64,000 nt of DNA. Source: the human T2T-CHM13v2.0 reference genome, Homo sapiens. The notes beneath the pieces were generated by a model that saw nothing but the letters and a program-made list of their open reading frames with translations, was not told where the DNA came from and made no database searches. Positions 12,401-26,670 of this stretch are shown here, in pieces. The stretch lies in assembly GCF_009914755.1 (NCBI RefSeq), contig NC_060925.1. The stretch is one strand, 5' to 3'. The position numbers and the translations under genes were made by a program. Within the stretch, counting starts at the first letter, position 1, and every line of letters begins with the position of its first letter.

Positions 12401-14012
12401 TTCTTTATGGACTGAGTAAGCAATGGATGGGTGTCTGGCCCCAAGGGGATAAGAGGGATCTAGGGTCTAGGTAAAGGGAGCTTCCTGTCTCCTCTCCTCC
12501 TTTCTGCCTCTCTTTAAGGCCTATTCTGATCCCCTCCCCTAAACTTTTTTTAATCTTTATAGCTTGTTGTCAACTGACCCTCCGCAGGAAATTTAAGGAA
12601 TAGCCCTTCCCAAGGAAGTATTCACTTAGAAAACAGGAGATGGCCTAGGATCCCATCTGTTTCTCTTTCTCCTCTTTTGTCAGGAAGCTAAACTCGCCCT
12701 ATTTTGCACCCCATGCTTCTTTGCCTCCTCCATAGAAACCTAGTTCATGCTTTCCTCACAGGTAGGAAGAGTTGTCACCCACCTTGAAAACTTCTTCAGG
12801 ATTGGTTAACTCATCAGCTCCTGGTGAAGCTGGGCCAGTGGGAAGGAAGAGCAAAGAGGCCGGGGAGTTGGGACCTGGACTTCATCCTCCATCACTGGGG
12901 CCAAGTCCCAGCTGGGCCTATGCAAGGCCTCAGTTTCTTCCTTTGTTATATGAGGGAGTTGACTGAGATCACTATGGTCCCTTCTTGTAGTGTGACTGCT
13001 TGGTGTTATACACATGCAGAGGTGAAGCTCAACTTCAGGGTCTCCCTCACATGGGCAAGTCCAGGCCCTGTGGAACGGTAATCAATTTGACCTGAGTTCA
13101 AAGAGCTCAAGTGGGATAAGGGGTGAAATAATGATCAGCCTCCTGCTGACCCCTTAGGGTTTTTTCCCCCTCCTCCAGCCATTCACTATCGTACATTCTG
13201 CCTCCTGTAAATCATGAGTAGCTAGCTAGAAGGTTTGTTAGAAAGAGCTCTGAACCAAAAGTGAGAAGGCAGCCTTAGAATCCCGCCATTTTCTAGCCAT
13301 GATATTGATATACTCTGAGTCTGTTTTCTCATTTGTAGAATGGGATTAGTAATACCTACCACATAGTGATATGAGGTATTCTATAAGACTGTATATGTAA
13401 AGTGCCTTGCACAGAGCCTGATATGTAAAAGGTCCCTATTTAAATATTTCTTGGGCCTGAGTGCTTATGATCAGAGGACATAATACCTGCAATTTCTATG
13501 GTTCTGTGGAACTAATATTGGCGCATATCAACCTGAAAAAAAGAACTTTTTATTAATCTTCCAGGAACTAGAACAGAATTTTTCCTTTAGTACCTTCCTG
13601 GTTTCTTTGTCCAGTACTCTCTCCCCCCATCTGAATCAGGAACTACATTTTTACATTCCTTTCAAATGATACAATTGCAATGCAACAATTCCCAAGGTAA
13701 AAGAATAACTGTCTGTCTTGCTGGCTCTATTTTTTCTTTTCTTCTTCCTTTTTTTTTTTTTTTCTTGACAACAGAGAGCTTCTTTTTCCCCCCAGAAAAG
13801 AGGCAACATCACCCTGTCAATGTTAAATTCTGGCAGAAATGAAGCCACTGAAATGGAAAGAGAAAAAATATTTTGGCAACAGCCAGGAATGAGAAATTGC
13901 ATAGCATTTACTGGGTTATATATATTCTGTGGATACAGGATACTCTCTATTATTGGCAATGATTGTCTCTGTGGTCAATGCTTATTTCTAAAATAATTCT
14001 CTTTTCAGTGCA

Positions 14013-14468
14013 CATGGCAGATTGATTGCATTGATGGCCTCAGTTTGTTTGTGTTAATCTCTCCCTTTGCTCTATCACTTTGTAGTTCCCCTCCATAAAG
14101 AGGCAGAGTATATATTAACCCATCTCTTGCCTTTGGACTTTCATGTGGCTTGCTTTGGCCCATGGGATGGTAGTGGTCATGATGTAAGTAGAAGCTTTAA
14201 AAAATGCTGTTGTGTTTCCACTAGTTCTTTTGGACCCCTGACATTACCATGAAAATGTGCCAGTCCAGCCTGCCAGAGAGATGTGAGAGACATGTGGAAG
14301 AGAACTGAGTCATCCCAGCCAAGGCCATCCTAGACCATCCAGCTCCTGTCAGCAGGACACAGCCCCATTAACAGAGCCACCCAGCTGACCCATAGGCTTG
14401 TCAACAGAAATAAATGTTTGCTGTTGCAAGCCACCAAAGTTTTCTGATTGTTACACAGCAGTAACTAC
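14013..14468 (+). mobile_element. MLT1-type (ERVL-MaLR) LTR
   Basis: tggcagattgattgc...ttgctttggcc...ataaatgtttgctgttgcaagccac...ttgttacacagcag. Confidence 0.7.
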
Positions 14469-15097
14469 TCCATTCACCACATTTGCTTAAAGTGTTGGTG
14501 CCTGGGGGTGACCCCCAACTTCTGCAACTAAAATGGTGAATAAATTCCTGTAACTTGAGCCTCACTGATTTTATAGTTAGTAGCCTGGAGAGTTTGTTCG
14601 AAATCTCCATCCTAGGCAGACTGCCCTTTAATTGTTCCCAAAATACAATCTGCACATCCCTGACTCTGCCTCTGCCTCTGTACATTGTATTTGTCCACAC
14701 TGAAATGTCCTTCTCCTTCCTGCCCATTTGCATCATACTAGATGTCCAAGGACCAATTTTAAAACCAGGCTCTTCTGAATGACTTACTGCGACTGTTCCC
14801 TGCCTTTTCAGCCTATTAATTCAGGTTATTTCTTGCCTGAGCTATAGATCGGATACCAGACCCATGTTTGCCGTATATGGCTGCTGTTTTTTTTTTTTTT
14901 TTTATCTCAGCTGTTTATTAAACTAGACCCCAAGTTCCTGGAGGGCAGGGCCCTCTTACACCTCTTTTATCCCCCAAGCCTTGCATAGTATCTTGAAAAG
15001 GGAAGTACAGGGCCTTTCACTTAAGACTTCAATATTTGTAGTTTGACCATCACTGGAGGGCTAATAGGTATCATTGCTAATGAATAAAACCAGAAGA

Positions 15098-15152
15098 ATG
15101 GATGAGTGAATGGAGGGATGGATGGATGTATGGATGGATAGATAGATAGATA
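15098..15152 (+). repeat. (TGGA)n/(TAGA)n microsatellite
   Basis: tggatggatg...gatagatagata. Confidence 0.8.
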
Positions 15153-15479
15153 AAGTTAGATGCCTCCAGACCTGAATTTGTAGAATGTACCCCATTCTAC
15201 TATAATTCTCACTAGGAAAATAAATTTTACTTTAAAATGCCACCTTTCCCCTGAAGATTTTACTGACCTCCCATTCATTCTCTCCAGATTAGACATGCCC
15301 TCTTCCTTCTCTGATATCCCTATGTGACAGTCAAGTTCTTACCTGCTCACCTCCACCATGCCACATGGCACAAGCAGCAGCTCCTTCAGATCAAAGGCTG
15401 CAGCTTAATTATGTCCTTAATGGATGTCCAGCACATGGTAGGGTGCTTACTGCACAGGGAGTATTCCGTAACTATTTGA

Positions 15480-15805
<326 letters not shown>

Positions 15806-16453
15806 TCTGTCTTTATTTTAAATGCCCTACTTCAGGCCCTTATTATTGCTCATAGAGACAACTACAAAAACCTTGTAACTGACCTTCTTGCTTCTAGCCT
15901 TGTCTCCCTTCTTCACCTTTCAACCTGTTAGCAATGCACACATACAGAATTCAACTTAAAAGGAAAAACGGAAAATCCAACCAGGCTATACTACCACTAA
16001 AAATCTTCATAGCTTCCCTCTTCTTTGAGGTATTAATAAAAGCCAAGCTCTTAGGCTTGGCACACGAAGCCCACTAAGATCTGCCCATCCTACCTGTATA
16101 GATCCTTCTTTCACAACAACCTCAAACTTCATTCCAACAAGATAGTACAGCCTGTGTGTTACTATTCATGCCACACGGTTTTTCCCCAACTGTACCTTGG
16201 CCCCCTGCCTCTCTAGATGACTCATTGACTCACCTGGCCCAGCCCAATCCATCTTGACCTTCCCTCCTGCCTACCAATTTTCCCCACCCCCTATAGGTGC
16301 CCCACTGATTGTTGACACATTGCATTGTGATTATCTGATTTAAGTGGAAGCTTCCTGAGAACTCTAGCACTAGCGTAGTATTAGTCTAGGTTCAGGGCCA
16401 ACTGTTGCATTTAGATACTCCTCTGCCATCCTTGATACCTGGGTTCACATCGG

Positions 16454-17189
16454 TGTAACTGCCCATTAGCGTAACTGCCCAACAGGTTTCTCCTTGCCTG
16501 CTGCCCAGATAGAACAGACTTATCAAGACAGGAGAATTGCAATAGAGAAAGAGTTTAATTCACACAGAACCAGCTAAATGGGAAACCAGAGTTTTATTAC
16601 TCAAATCAGTCTCCCCGGAAATTCAGAGACTGGAGTTAGTAAGGATAATTTGGCAGGCCAGGGAGTGGGGAGTGCTGATTGGTCAGGTAGGAGATGAAAT
16701 CACAGGGGATCAAAGGGGGTTCTTGCAGTCTTCCGTTCCTAAGTGGGATCAAAGAACTGGTGGAACCAGATCACCAGCCTGGATGGTGTCAGCTGGTGCA
16801 TCAGGATGCAGGGTCTGAAAAATACCTTGAGCACCAATTTAGGTTTTACAATAGTGATGTTATCCCTAGGAACAGTTGGGGAGGTTGGAATTGTGTGGCC
16901 TCTGGCTGCATGACTCCTAAACCATAATTTCTAATGTTGTGGCTAATTTGTTAGTCTTACTAGGGAAGTCTGCTCCCCAGGCAAGAAGGGGGTTTGTTTC
17001 CAGAAAGGGCTGTTATCCTCTTTGTTTCAAAATTAAACTAAGCTAAATTCCTCCCAAAGTTAGTTTGGCCTACAACCAGGAATTAACAAGGGCAGCTTGG
17101 AAGTTAGAAGCAAGATGGAGATGGTGAGGTCAGATCCCTTTCACTGTCATAACTTTCTCACTGTTACAATTTTTGCAAAGGCAGTTTCA
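16454..17189 (-). mobile_element. LTR8-family (ERV1) solo LTR ~1 kb upstream of CD101
   Basis: Minus strand begins TGAAACTGCCTTTGCAAAAATTGTAACAGTGAGAAAG (LTR8/8A/8B-like) and ends GGGCAGTTACA; ~735 bp. Confidence 0.85.
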
Positions 17190-17303
17190 CAGGGCAGATG
17201 AAGATTTACTTAAATGTCTCATGATGGTGATGATGGTAGCTAATATTCATTGAGCAGTTACTATGTACCAGATATTGTTCTAAGTGCTTTAAATAAATTA
17301 GCT

Positions 17304-17638
17304 TGAAACTATCATTCTCAGCAAACTATCTCAAGAACAAAAAACCAAACACTGCATGTTCTCACTCATAGGTGGGAATTGAACAGTGAGAACACTTGGA
17401 CACAGGAAGGGGAACATCACACACCGGGGCCTGTCATAGGGTCGGGGGAAGGGGGAGGGAAAGCATTAGGAGATATACCTAATGTAAATGACGAGTTAAT
17501 GGGTGCAGCACACCAACATGGCACATGTATACATATGTAACAAATTTGCACGTTGTGCACATGTACCCTAGAACTTAAAGTATAATAATAATAAAAAAAA
17601 GTAAAATACAAAAAAAAAGAAATAAAAAAATAATTAAA
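17304..17638 (+). mobile_element. L1PA 3' end (5'-truncated) inserted in a MIR
   Basis: catgttctcactcataggtgggaattgaac...cctagaacttaaagtataat plus A-tail; TSD aaattagct (17295-17303, 17639-17647). Confidence 0.92.
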
Positions 17639-18029
17639 AAATTAGCTCATTTGGCATTCACAGTAATCTTACAGGGTACCTACTATTAGTATCCTCATTT
17701 TAGCAATGAGGGTTAGGAAAAGTTAATTAAGTTTTCTAAGATTGCACAGTTACTAAAACTAGAATCTGCATGCAAACCCAGGCAGCCTGACTCTAGAGCC
17801 TGTAACCTTCAGCACCACCTCATGTCGCCCCAAGTTCATGTTTTTCAGGGGCCTTCTCCCATTTCTCAGTCATTTCCTCTCTCAAGAGAGGAGGAGAAGG
17901 AAGGGCCAAGAAGACAACATTGCTGGTGCCTTTTTTATTTATTCAGTTTACCTAAATTCTCTCATCATTACCAAATGACACATACTGTGAGCCAGGTTGA
18001 GACCCATCTTTTCTTAGTTTTATCGATAT

Positions 18030-18257
18030 CTGTTTACTTAACCACAAAGATAACTTTTTTACTCCCAAATTTGAGTGATTAGTAAAGAGCTACATAATGT
18101 AACCAGTTTTGCTTTTCACAAGACATCTCTATTTCTCAGTGGGCTGAAAACCACACTTTTGCTTCCTCTTTACTTTGCAGTGAGAGCACAGCATTTGTCA
18201 CTCAACCTCTGAATGTTAGTGACACTATTGGGACGAAAAAGGACTGTGCTGGCCCAA
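18030..18257 (+). promoter_or_regulatory. CD101: CD101 TATA-less proximal promoter and 5' UTR
   Basis: RUNX AACCACAAA 18040-18048 and AACCACA 18149-18155; C/EBP-like TTTCACAA 18114-18121; PU.1-like GCTTCCTCTTT 18161-18171 (AAAGAGGAAGC on minus). Directly upstream of the ATG. Confidence 0.65.
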
Positions 18258-18300
18258 ATGGCAGGCATCTCATATGTGGCATCTTTCTTTCTCCTTCTGA
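18258..18300 (+). CDS. CD101: CD101 exon 1 coding part (signal peptide MAGISYVASFFLLL-T)
   Basis: ATG at 18258 (caaATGG), 43 nt, donor A|GTAAGT at 18301. Too short for the ORF track; joins in frame to exon 2. Confidence 0.95.
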
Positions 18301-19019
18301 GTAAGTTTCATAATCCTTTATGTTTCTCTTGTCACAGGAGTTCATCAACTCAGGGTGCTGAGTGATGGAACAGGACAATTTGGTCTCTACAGGAACAACT
18401 ATGCCATATATTTCTGATGTTAGCAATAATTTTTGACTTACTAATGACAGTTCTTGGCTTACCTAGACATCCTTGAGTTCCAGGGAGTCACAATGCTTGG
18501 TTGAGTCCCATGCACAAGATTCCATTGGTTTTAACATTTGTGTGTGTTGCCAGATCTGTCAGTTTTGCTTGGCCCTGGCTTTACTCATCTTCCTGGGCCG
18601 ATCATCCCAAGAGACAGTAAAAAAGCTTTGTGTCCCAAACTGAGAGGAGACCTTAAGGTTTGCCTGATATTAAGGCTTGATGGGATAACTATGCCTTGCA
18701 GATATGACTGGATGGAAAGAAAGGTTATGAAAGTACTTAGTAGTTTTAGACTATGCTAAAAGAAGGTTCTAGATTTCACCTGCGAGTGGAAGTGGAAATT
18801 GACTACTGAGAGACTGAGAAATGAACAGGAAGATTCACTTGGCTCTACTGAGGGCCATGCAGAGGGGCTTGCCTGATCTAGGGGCATTTATCTATGTTTG
18901 AATAGGATGGAAGAAGAGAAAATTTGGAGGTAGAAGGGAGAGTCAGATGAGTTGAGCAGGTAATGGAATAGTTTCAAACCAGATAGCAGGTACTTTTTAT
19001 GCTACAGTTTTCATTAACA

Positions 19020-19425
19020 TCTGGTAAAGAGAATAGACTCCATCTCAGAATAATGTTTAAAATGCATAAAATAAAATGCATAGAATTACAGAGGAAATCA
19101 GTCACATTGAAATACAGGTATCAAAATATTTTAAATAAATTATAATGCAGTAATTTATTTGCTTCTTATTTATGCATTACATAACAAAATCTACAGGTAG
19201 GTCTTTTAACCACCAAACTTCAAAGTAATGATGAGTATAAATAACATTTCAATATATCTTAAGTAGTTGTAATGTGATATGAAGATATCTGTGGTTGTCT
19301 ACATACATAACTGAAGAAAATACTAAATTTCCATTAGAGGCAAAAATGAAAATAAAGATGTAAGATTATTTTTCACCCTAGTTTATGGACCCTTTAATCC
19401 TACATGTGGACCCAGTTAAGAACTC
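19020..19425. mobile_element. hAT-Charlie-type DNA transposon remnant
   Basis: cagaataatgtttaaaatgcataaaataaaatgcatag...ggacccagttaagaactc. Confidence 0.5.
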
Positions 19426-19432
19426 TTGCTTT

Positions 19433-19700
<268 letters not shown>

Positions 19701-21260
19701 CTATGGCTGAAGAATTAAAAGAAAAGAATACAGCATTCAGCACAAAGAGGTTGCTTAATAAACATTGATTGAGTTGAATTGTGCTCATGTCTCTAGGTAC
19801 ATATGATAGTGTGAGGTTAAGAGTCAGACCTAGGGCCTGCAGGGGAAGTTACTGGGACCACTTGCTGGGTGACGGATGCCTGCCAGACTGGCTTGGCGGG
19901 TGTTGATGGATAGGTGCACTGGTGGGATCCTTTGGGGGCTGGTGTGTTTTTGTTGTTTGGTTAAGTTGTCTGAGTGTGATTCTCAAGTGTATGTGCTTTG
20001 TGTATTTGAATTCTATGTTTGCTATGTATATAGGAGGAAACTGGGTTTACATTGTGCAATAATTCATAGAATTGCAAATTCTGTCTCTTTTTTTGGTAAG
20101 CAGGCTAGAAGCCCTGGGGGAAGGAAAGTAGTAATCAAGGCTCAAAAAGGGGAAGCTGGAAGCTTTTCCTTAACCCATTTAAACAATTACCTAAACTGGG
20201 TTATACATTTACTTCTTCTAAATTCTGACTCATCTGAAGCACTAATTTTGTGTAGAAGCACAGTTTTTATGTGAAGAATACATAAATCAGGAAGTTACTG
20301 GAAAAAGCTTTAGAAGTCTGCTGTTTGTCCTTACAAATATAGAGGGGAATTGAAATAAATTATTTAAATAACGATCTATTGATCAATTACATTGGTTAGC
20401 AAATTTACACTTTGTCCCAATTTTTTTTCAGTAAATATAAGGACTGAACAATCCTGATAGAAAATGGTGCCATATGAGATTAATGTCATGGGTAAATGAG
20501 TTCTCGGATTTAGCAGTTAGCTTTGTCTGCTTGATCTATTTCCCCCACCCAAACTAGCTGCCCTACAAATAATGGCCATTAATATGGCAGGGTTTGGGGG
20601 AAGGGCTATTGTCTGTCTTACTGAGTTTGCATTCATGAAAAATAAAAAAGATTCCACTTAGTATGGATGGAAGCTATCTCAGCCTCCAAGCATATAGGGT
20701 TTTTGAATGTGAAAAGAGAAAGAAGCTGCTTGTTATGTTGGCTATTCCTGAGGTAGGTTTTGTATAAGGTAGCATTATTTGAAACTGCTGTTTTTTTGGT
20801 ATAAAAAGTGCTCAAGTATGGACCATTTTATACAGTTCAACCTAATCGTTTTCATTCAAATAATACTGCAGTGGTAAATTTGACAATTCCAGTGATATTT
20901 TTAAAGAAAGTCAATACCATCGAGGAATTTTTGGTGTTTTGAAAGCATGATTCTAATGTTAGTATGTCAGTGCCAAGCTTTGTACTCATCAGCCAACAAG
21001 AATATGAGCTACTATTCAAAAGTAGCTAACCCTCTACCCATTAAAAGAGAGAGCAAGAGGGCAGTCCTCACAGGTGTTTTTCGGAGGGTGGATGATATGT
21101 ACTTGAAAAAACCCAGAGAGAATATATTTATAGTAAGATGCTTAAGCTTATGGCCCCAGTGCATAGCCATTTGAGTTGATCTCTGCCAGTCATGCCTTCT
21201 ACCTGAAAAATACCTTTGAAATCTCCACACTATTTCTTTCACTTTTCTCAGAAAGTAGTA

Positions 21261-21619
21261 TGTCTTAGACTGTTTGGCGTGTTGTAGCAAAAGTACCATA
21301 AACTGGGGCGGGTGGGGGAGGGGGGCTTATAAACAACAGAAATTTAGTTTTGGAGGCTGGGAAGTCTAAGATCAAGGCACTGGCAGTTTGGTGTCAGTGA
21401 GGGCCTGTTCCTCATAGCACCTTCTAACTGTGTCCTCACGTGGCAGAAGGGGCTAGCGAGCTTCCTGGACTCTTTTACAAGGGCATTAATCCCATTCATG
21501 AGAGCACAGCCCTCATGACCTAATTGCTTCCTAAATGCCCCATCTCCTAATACCATCACCTTGGAAATTAGGTTTCTGCGTGTGAGTTTTAGGAAGACAC
21601 AGACGTTGAGACTATAACA
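21261..21619 (-). mobile_element. MST/MLT1A-type (ERVL-MaLR) LTR
   Basis: tgtcttag...ggcttataaacaacagaaattt...tctaagatcaaggc...cattaatcccattcatgag...ataaca. Confidence 0.8.
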
Positions 21620-23797
21620 CAGCACCCTCCCTGTCATCCCTCTACTAGGACATTACTTCATTCATCCTCCTTGCTGGCTTCACCCATTCTCCATCCCACC
21701 CCTTCCTACCGCTCCTCACCTAGCTACTCTTTCTAGCTGCCATCCTAATCTTCATTTTTCCTTCTCCATGAAACTCCTGGAAGTAGGTTCCACTTCCTGC
21801 AGTCACTTCTTACCCTGAAAACTGCTGCTTCCACTCTATTGAAATCCCTTTTACAAAGATCTTCATGGACATCCTCCTCATCGAGCTAACAGGAGTCTCC
21901 TCTGCCTTCAGAGTCCCCAACCTCTTGGCAGCCTTTGGCAGTGCTGACAAGCCCTTTCCTCTTAGAATGTTCTTCCCTTGATTTCCAGCCGCTGTGTCCT
22001 AGTTGCCCTCCATCTAACTCTTCCCTCTGTAAGTTTTGTTCCTTATCCCATCCCCTAAAGAGAGAAATTCCCTAGTAATCTCTCCTTAGTCCTCTTCCTT
22101 CTGTTCCCCAATACTTCCCAACACTTGTATGTAACTGACCTAATCTACATCTAACAGTTCAGAACTCTCCCTAGTTACAAACAGACATTTACAGGAGCCA
22201 ACAAGAAACAATGGGGACAGCCATGGATTTGGCATTTGCAGATCTATTAATATGTTCAAGTCTGGCTCAAATCCTAGGAGTTTTTACATAACTAAATATG
22301 GGAATATCACAGGGTTTTTGAAAGGATTCGATTACAAATATTTTCAAAGGGTTAAAGTCTATTTAACCCTTTGAAAATATGTATAATTTATATGTAAATA
22401 TAAATATCTATATTTAAATATTTCAAAATGTTTGCTGGATATCCTTCCTGTCTATTCCATGGTCTTCAAATTTAGTATTTCTAAAATTAAATGCATTATA
22501 TTTTCACTCACCCTTATACACACAACAGTAACTCTTCCTAATATCTGTATTTCTAGTCAGAGTATCAATATTCTCCCAGGCAGCCTTATCAAACCTATGA
22601 TCTTTGATTTCTTCCTACCTCTCATCTCGCCATTTAACCCTGCTACTCCCAAGCATCCAACGCACTGAAAACTACAGATTTTGTCTCCACAGTAGCTCAG
22701 TTATAGTACCTTTACTTTTATCCCTATTGCTTTTGTCACCTCTGTCCTGAGCTCCTACAATTACCTGATTGTCTATTTCTAACTTCCATCATTCTGCACA
22801 CAAACTGTGAGGTTCATTTTCCTAAAACCTCCTAAACACTTTCAGTGGATTCCCCATTGCCAATGAATCAAGTCCAAACTTTTAAATGTGATAGTCAAGT
22901 CCTTTCTGCTCTGGACCCAAAAATTGCTGTCCAGTTTTACCTCTTTCTATTAATCTTTATGCAGCCCTCCCCCATCCAGTTGATTACTCTTTAATTTTGA
23001 GTAAGTCTTTTGATTCCTACTCAGAGTCTTGCCATGAAATCTCCTTCACCTAAAATGCTCTGTCTCCCCACTTACCTTGTCATAATCTTCCCAATTCTCC
23101 AAAATCCATTTCTAATGCCATCTCTTATGCCATCTCCATAAACCTATTTCCCTCCCCTCAAAATGTAGTCCCTCTTCAAAATTTTTGAAGCACTTTTATT
23201 ATATGTTTTCCATAGAGAGGTGACTACTATCCACTTGATTGGATTATGAAATCCAGAAGTCAGAATCTAGCCTAAATTCATCTTCATATCTTAGTCCCTC
23301 AAGCATGAGAAATACTATAAGTGGTTGAATAAATATTTATTGAATTGGCAAATAAAGCAGTAGAAAAAGAAGTGCGTGTTTTCACAATAAAAATTTTCAA
23401 ACGTGGTACCCATCTTGCTGAAAAGTGATGGGAAACGTTCGAGAAGTGTTGCCTAGCCACCAAAAATAACATTGTTTGTAGAAACATGCCTTGATATATG
23501 TGGGTTAGTGGTACCTCAAAAGCCACATTAAGAAAATATTTTTATTGTGAAATACAACATAAGAAAATTTTTATTATTTGTTTAAAATAATTTTAAAATA
23601 AATTTAAAATTTGTTAAACAAATTTTCAGTTTAACAAATAAGCACAAAGTAAAATCTGTATAATGTCTACCCAGGTCAAGAAATAGAATATCGCCAAGAC
23701 CCTAGAAGCACCCACCCAGCCCGCAGTGTGCCCCATCAGATCACAAACACCATGCAATCACTTTCCTGACTTTCATGATAACCACTTCCTAGTTTGC

Positions 23798-24087
23798 TTT
23801 TTTTTTTTTCTTTTTGAGATGGAGTTGCCCGGGCTGGAGTACAGTGACGCAATCTCGGCTCACTGCAACCTCTGCCTCCTGAGTTCAAGCGATTTTCTTG
23901 CCTCAGCCTCTGGAATAGCTAGGATTACAGGCACCTTGCCACCATGCCTGGCTAATTTTGTATTTTTAGTAGAGACAGGGTTTCACCATGTTGGCCAGGC
24001 TGGTCTTAAACTCCTGCCCTCAAGTGATCTGCCCACCTTGGCCTCCCAAAGAGCTAGGATTACAGGCATGAGCCACCTCGCCTGGTC
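23798..24087 (-). mobile_element. Alu (AluS) within an old antisense L1 fragment (~23540-24480)
   Basis: T-tail then reverse-complement Alu dimer. Confidence 0.92.
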
Positions 24088-24622
24088 ATTTCCTGCCTTT
24101 TTGCTAATGATTTCAGCCCTTTATGTGTGCATCACTAAATAATACAGTGTGGTTTCACCTGTTTTTAAACTTTATAAACAGTACGATCATTCTGTATATA
24201 GTCACAAGGATTCAGAAGTGTTTTTGTATCTTGCTTTGAACATAGTCATTCATGTTATTGCAAATAGTTGTAATTGTTGATTTTTGTTTCTATATAACAT
24301 TCCACTTTATGACTGTACCACAGTTTATCCAGCCTACTGTTGATGGACATATGGGTTGTCTCTTGTTTGAAGCTTTAATGAGCAGTGTAGCTGTGCATAT
24401 TCTTTCACACATAGCTTGGTGCACACATTTCTCTAAGACGACATTACTGAAAAGTGTCTTAAACTGCCACTGTAGTATAACTTGTTGGTAAGTAATAATT
24501 TACATTTTTCTAAGGTGGTCTAACTTGTATTCCTAGATTCTTATTACAAAAAAAGCATGATATAAATATGTCACATTAATTTGGACTTATGAATAAATTA
24601 GTGTATTCTAAATTATTATAGA

Positions 24623-24914
24623 GGCTGAGCGCAGTGGCTCACACCTGTAATTCCAGCACTTTGGGAGGCTGAGGCAAGCAGATCACTTGAGGTCAGGAGT
24701 TCGAGACCAGCCTGGCCAACATGGTGAAACCCCGTCTCTACTAAAAATATAAAACTTATCCAGGCGTGGTGGCCCATGCCTGTAATCCTAGCTACTCAGG
24801 AGGCTGAGGCAAGAGAATCACTTGAACCTGGGAGGCAGAGGTTGCAGTGAGCCAAGATTGCACCACAACACTCCAGCCTGGGTGACAGAGCAAGACCGTG
24901 TCAAAAAAAAAAAA
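24623..24914 (+). mobile_element. Alu (AluSx-like)
   Basis: Full dimer, A-tail, TSD approx aaattatta(c)taga. Confidence 0.94.
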
Positions 24915-26289
24915 ATTATTACTAGAAATGTGTGTGGTTGGCTGACTAGTTGGTTGGGCATTGGTTGGTTTCCCAGTTTTAGACTGAACATACATATATG
25001 AAATATATGCACTTGACTGCATCAGGTGACCACTTACCTTTTCTGTGCTTTTGCCCTTTTTTGTAGTTCCCTCCTATCCCTTAGAATTATTTTCATTTCA
25101 TCCCAGATTCCTATACTCAGCCTTATCATGTTCTCTGTAATGTCCTTTTTCCTTTCCCTCACTTTTTTTTTCCACTCTGGTCTCCTTACTCTTTGTCCCT
25201 GTGGAGTCACAAAATGCAGCAGAGGCTCTGCTTCTTACTCATCTTCGTATGAACTCTGTTCGGTTAACTCCATAAGGCCAGCAATCTCTCCCTGTCTGGC
25301 CCTTCTGGTGTCTTCCAACCCTGTCTTCCCTTTTACAGTACCCTGGGCCCCTAGTGGAAGAACTGACCACTCTTGTGGCATGTCTTTGTTCTTTCTGCAA
25401 CACAAAATGAACTAGCCTTTAATATCAATCATAGTAAGTAAAGATATGCTTTTTGATTTCTGAAAAATGCTTGATTTAAAAAATTTGTCAAATGAAATAT
25501 TACCATTTAATCATGCTTTTTCCTTTAGACCTAATACTTCAGATTTGTTCTAATAGAAAACATTCCCTAGTGGTCCCAATGGAAAACTTTTGGTAAGAAA
25601 AAAGCTAAAATAAATTCTAATCCCAGAACCTGCTGGATTTTCTAGCCATCTATTAGGAGGCTTTTCAGTAAAGCTATAGTGGCTCTTTAAGAAATGACAA
25701 AACAAAACCAAAAAAACCTCCACAGAATAGAAAGGAAGTGCTGCTGCCTCGTCAGATGCTAATGTTGGCTAGTCTTGCAACAGACCTGGCTAGGAGCTAC
25801 AGATAGTTCCAACCAACCAGCTAGAAAAATCATGGCACCAAGGGCAGAGCCCTAGACTTTGCGTCTCCAGCAACTACTTCTCTGGGAACTGCCCGATGGC
25901 AGGCACCCTGGAATTTGAGACTTGAGGAAGTATATGCCAAATTTTCTCAGAAAATAATGTAAAGTTACCATACATTTATTTGCTTTAAAATAAGTACACT
26001 TCGATAAGCAGATGTTTTATAGAAGTGGTCGTGTTACATTGATGAAGCTAAATTTTTTTAAGAGACTGAAGATTACTATGGAAGTTAAAGTTATAAAAGA
26101 ACAATTAACTCATCAAGCAATTCCACTGCTGCTCAGCCTGAAGAAGATGTTGAACATTTGAGTCAATTATAGCTAATAACTTGCGATCTCATTTACCAGA
26201 ATTGTAATACAGGGAAATACATAACGTGGTACACTGGGAACTGGAACACTAATCTCTTTTTATTCCCCTTTCTTTCTCCTACTTACAAG

Positions 26290-26670
26290 CTAAGCTCAGC
26301 ATTGGCCAGAGAGAAGTAACAGTTCAGAAAGGACCACTGTTTAGAGCTGAAGGTTACCCAGTCAGCATTGGCTGCAATGTAACTGGCCACCAGGGACCTT
26401 CTGAGCAGCATTTCCAGTGGTCTGTTTACCTGCCGACAAACCCGACCCAGGAAGTCCAGATCATTAGCACCAAGGATGCTGCCTTCTCTTACGCAGTATA
26501 TACGCAGCGGGTGCGAAGCGGAGACGTCTACGTGGAGAGGGTCCAGGGCAACTCAGTCTTGTTGCACATCTCAAAACTCCAGATGAAGGATGCTGGCGAG
26601 TATGAGTGTCACACACCAAACACTGATGAGAAATACTATGGAAGTTACAGTGCAAAGACTAATCTAATTG
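26290..26670 (+). CDS. CD101: CD101 exon 2 (Ig V domain 1)
   Basis: Long pyrimidine tract plus aAG; 381 nt; TKLSIGQREVTVQKGPLFRAEGYPVSIGC...DAGEYEC...TNLI; donor G|GTAAGT. Confidence 0.97.

Noticed and set aside
19876-20274. 132-aa ORF with hydrophobic stretches in CD101 intron 1
   Set aside because: GT-rich low-complexity composition, no recognisable domain or exon structure.
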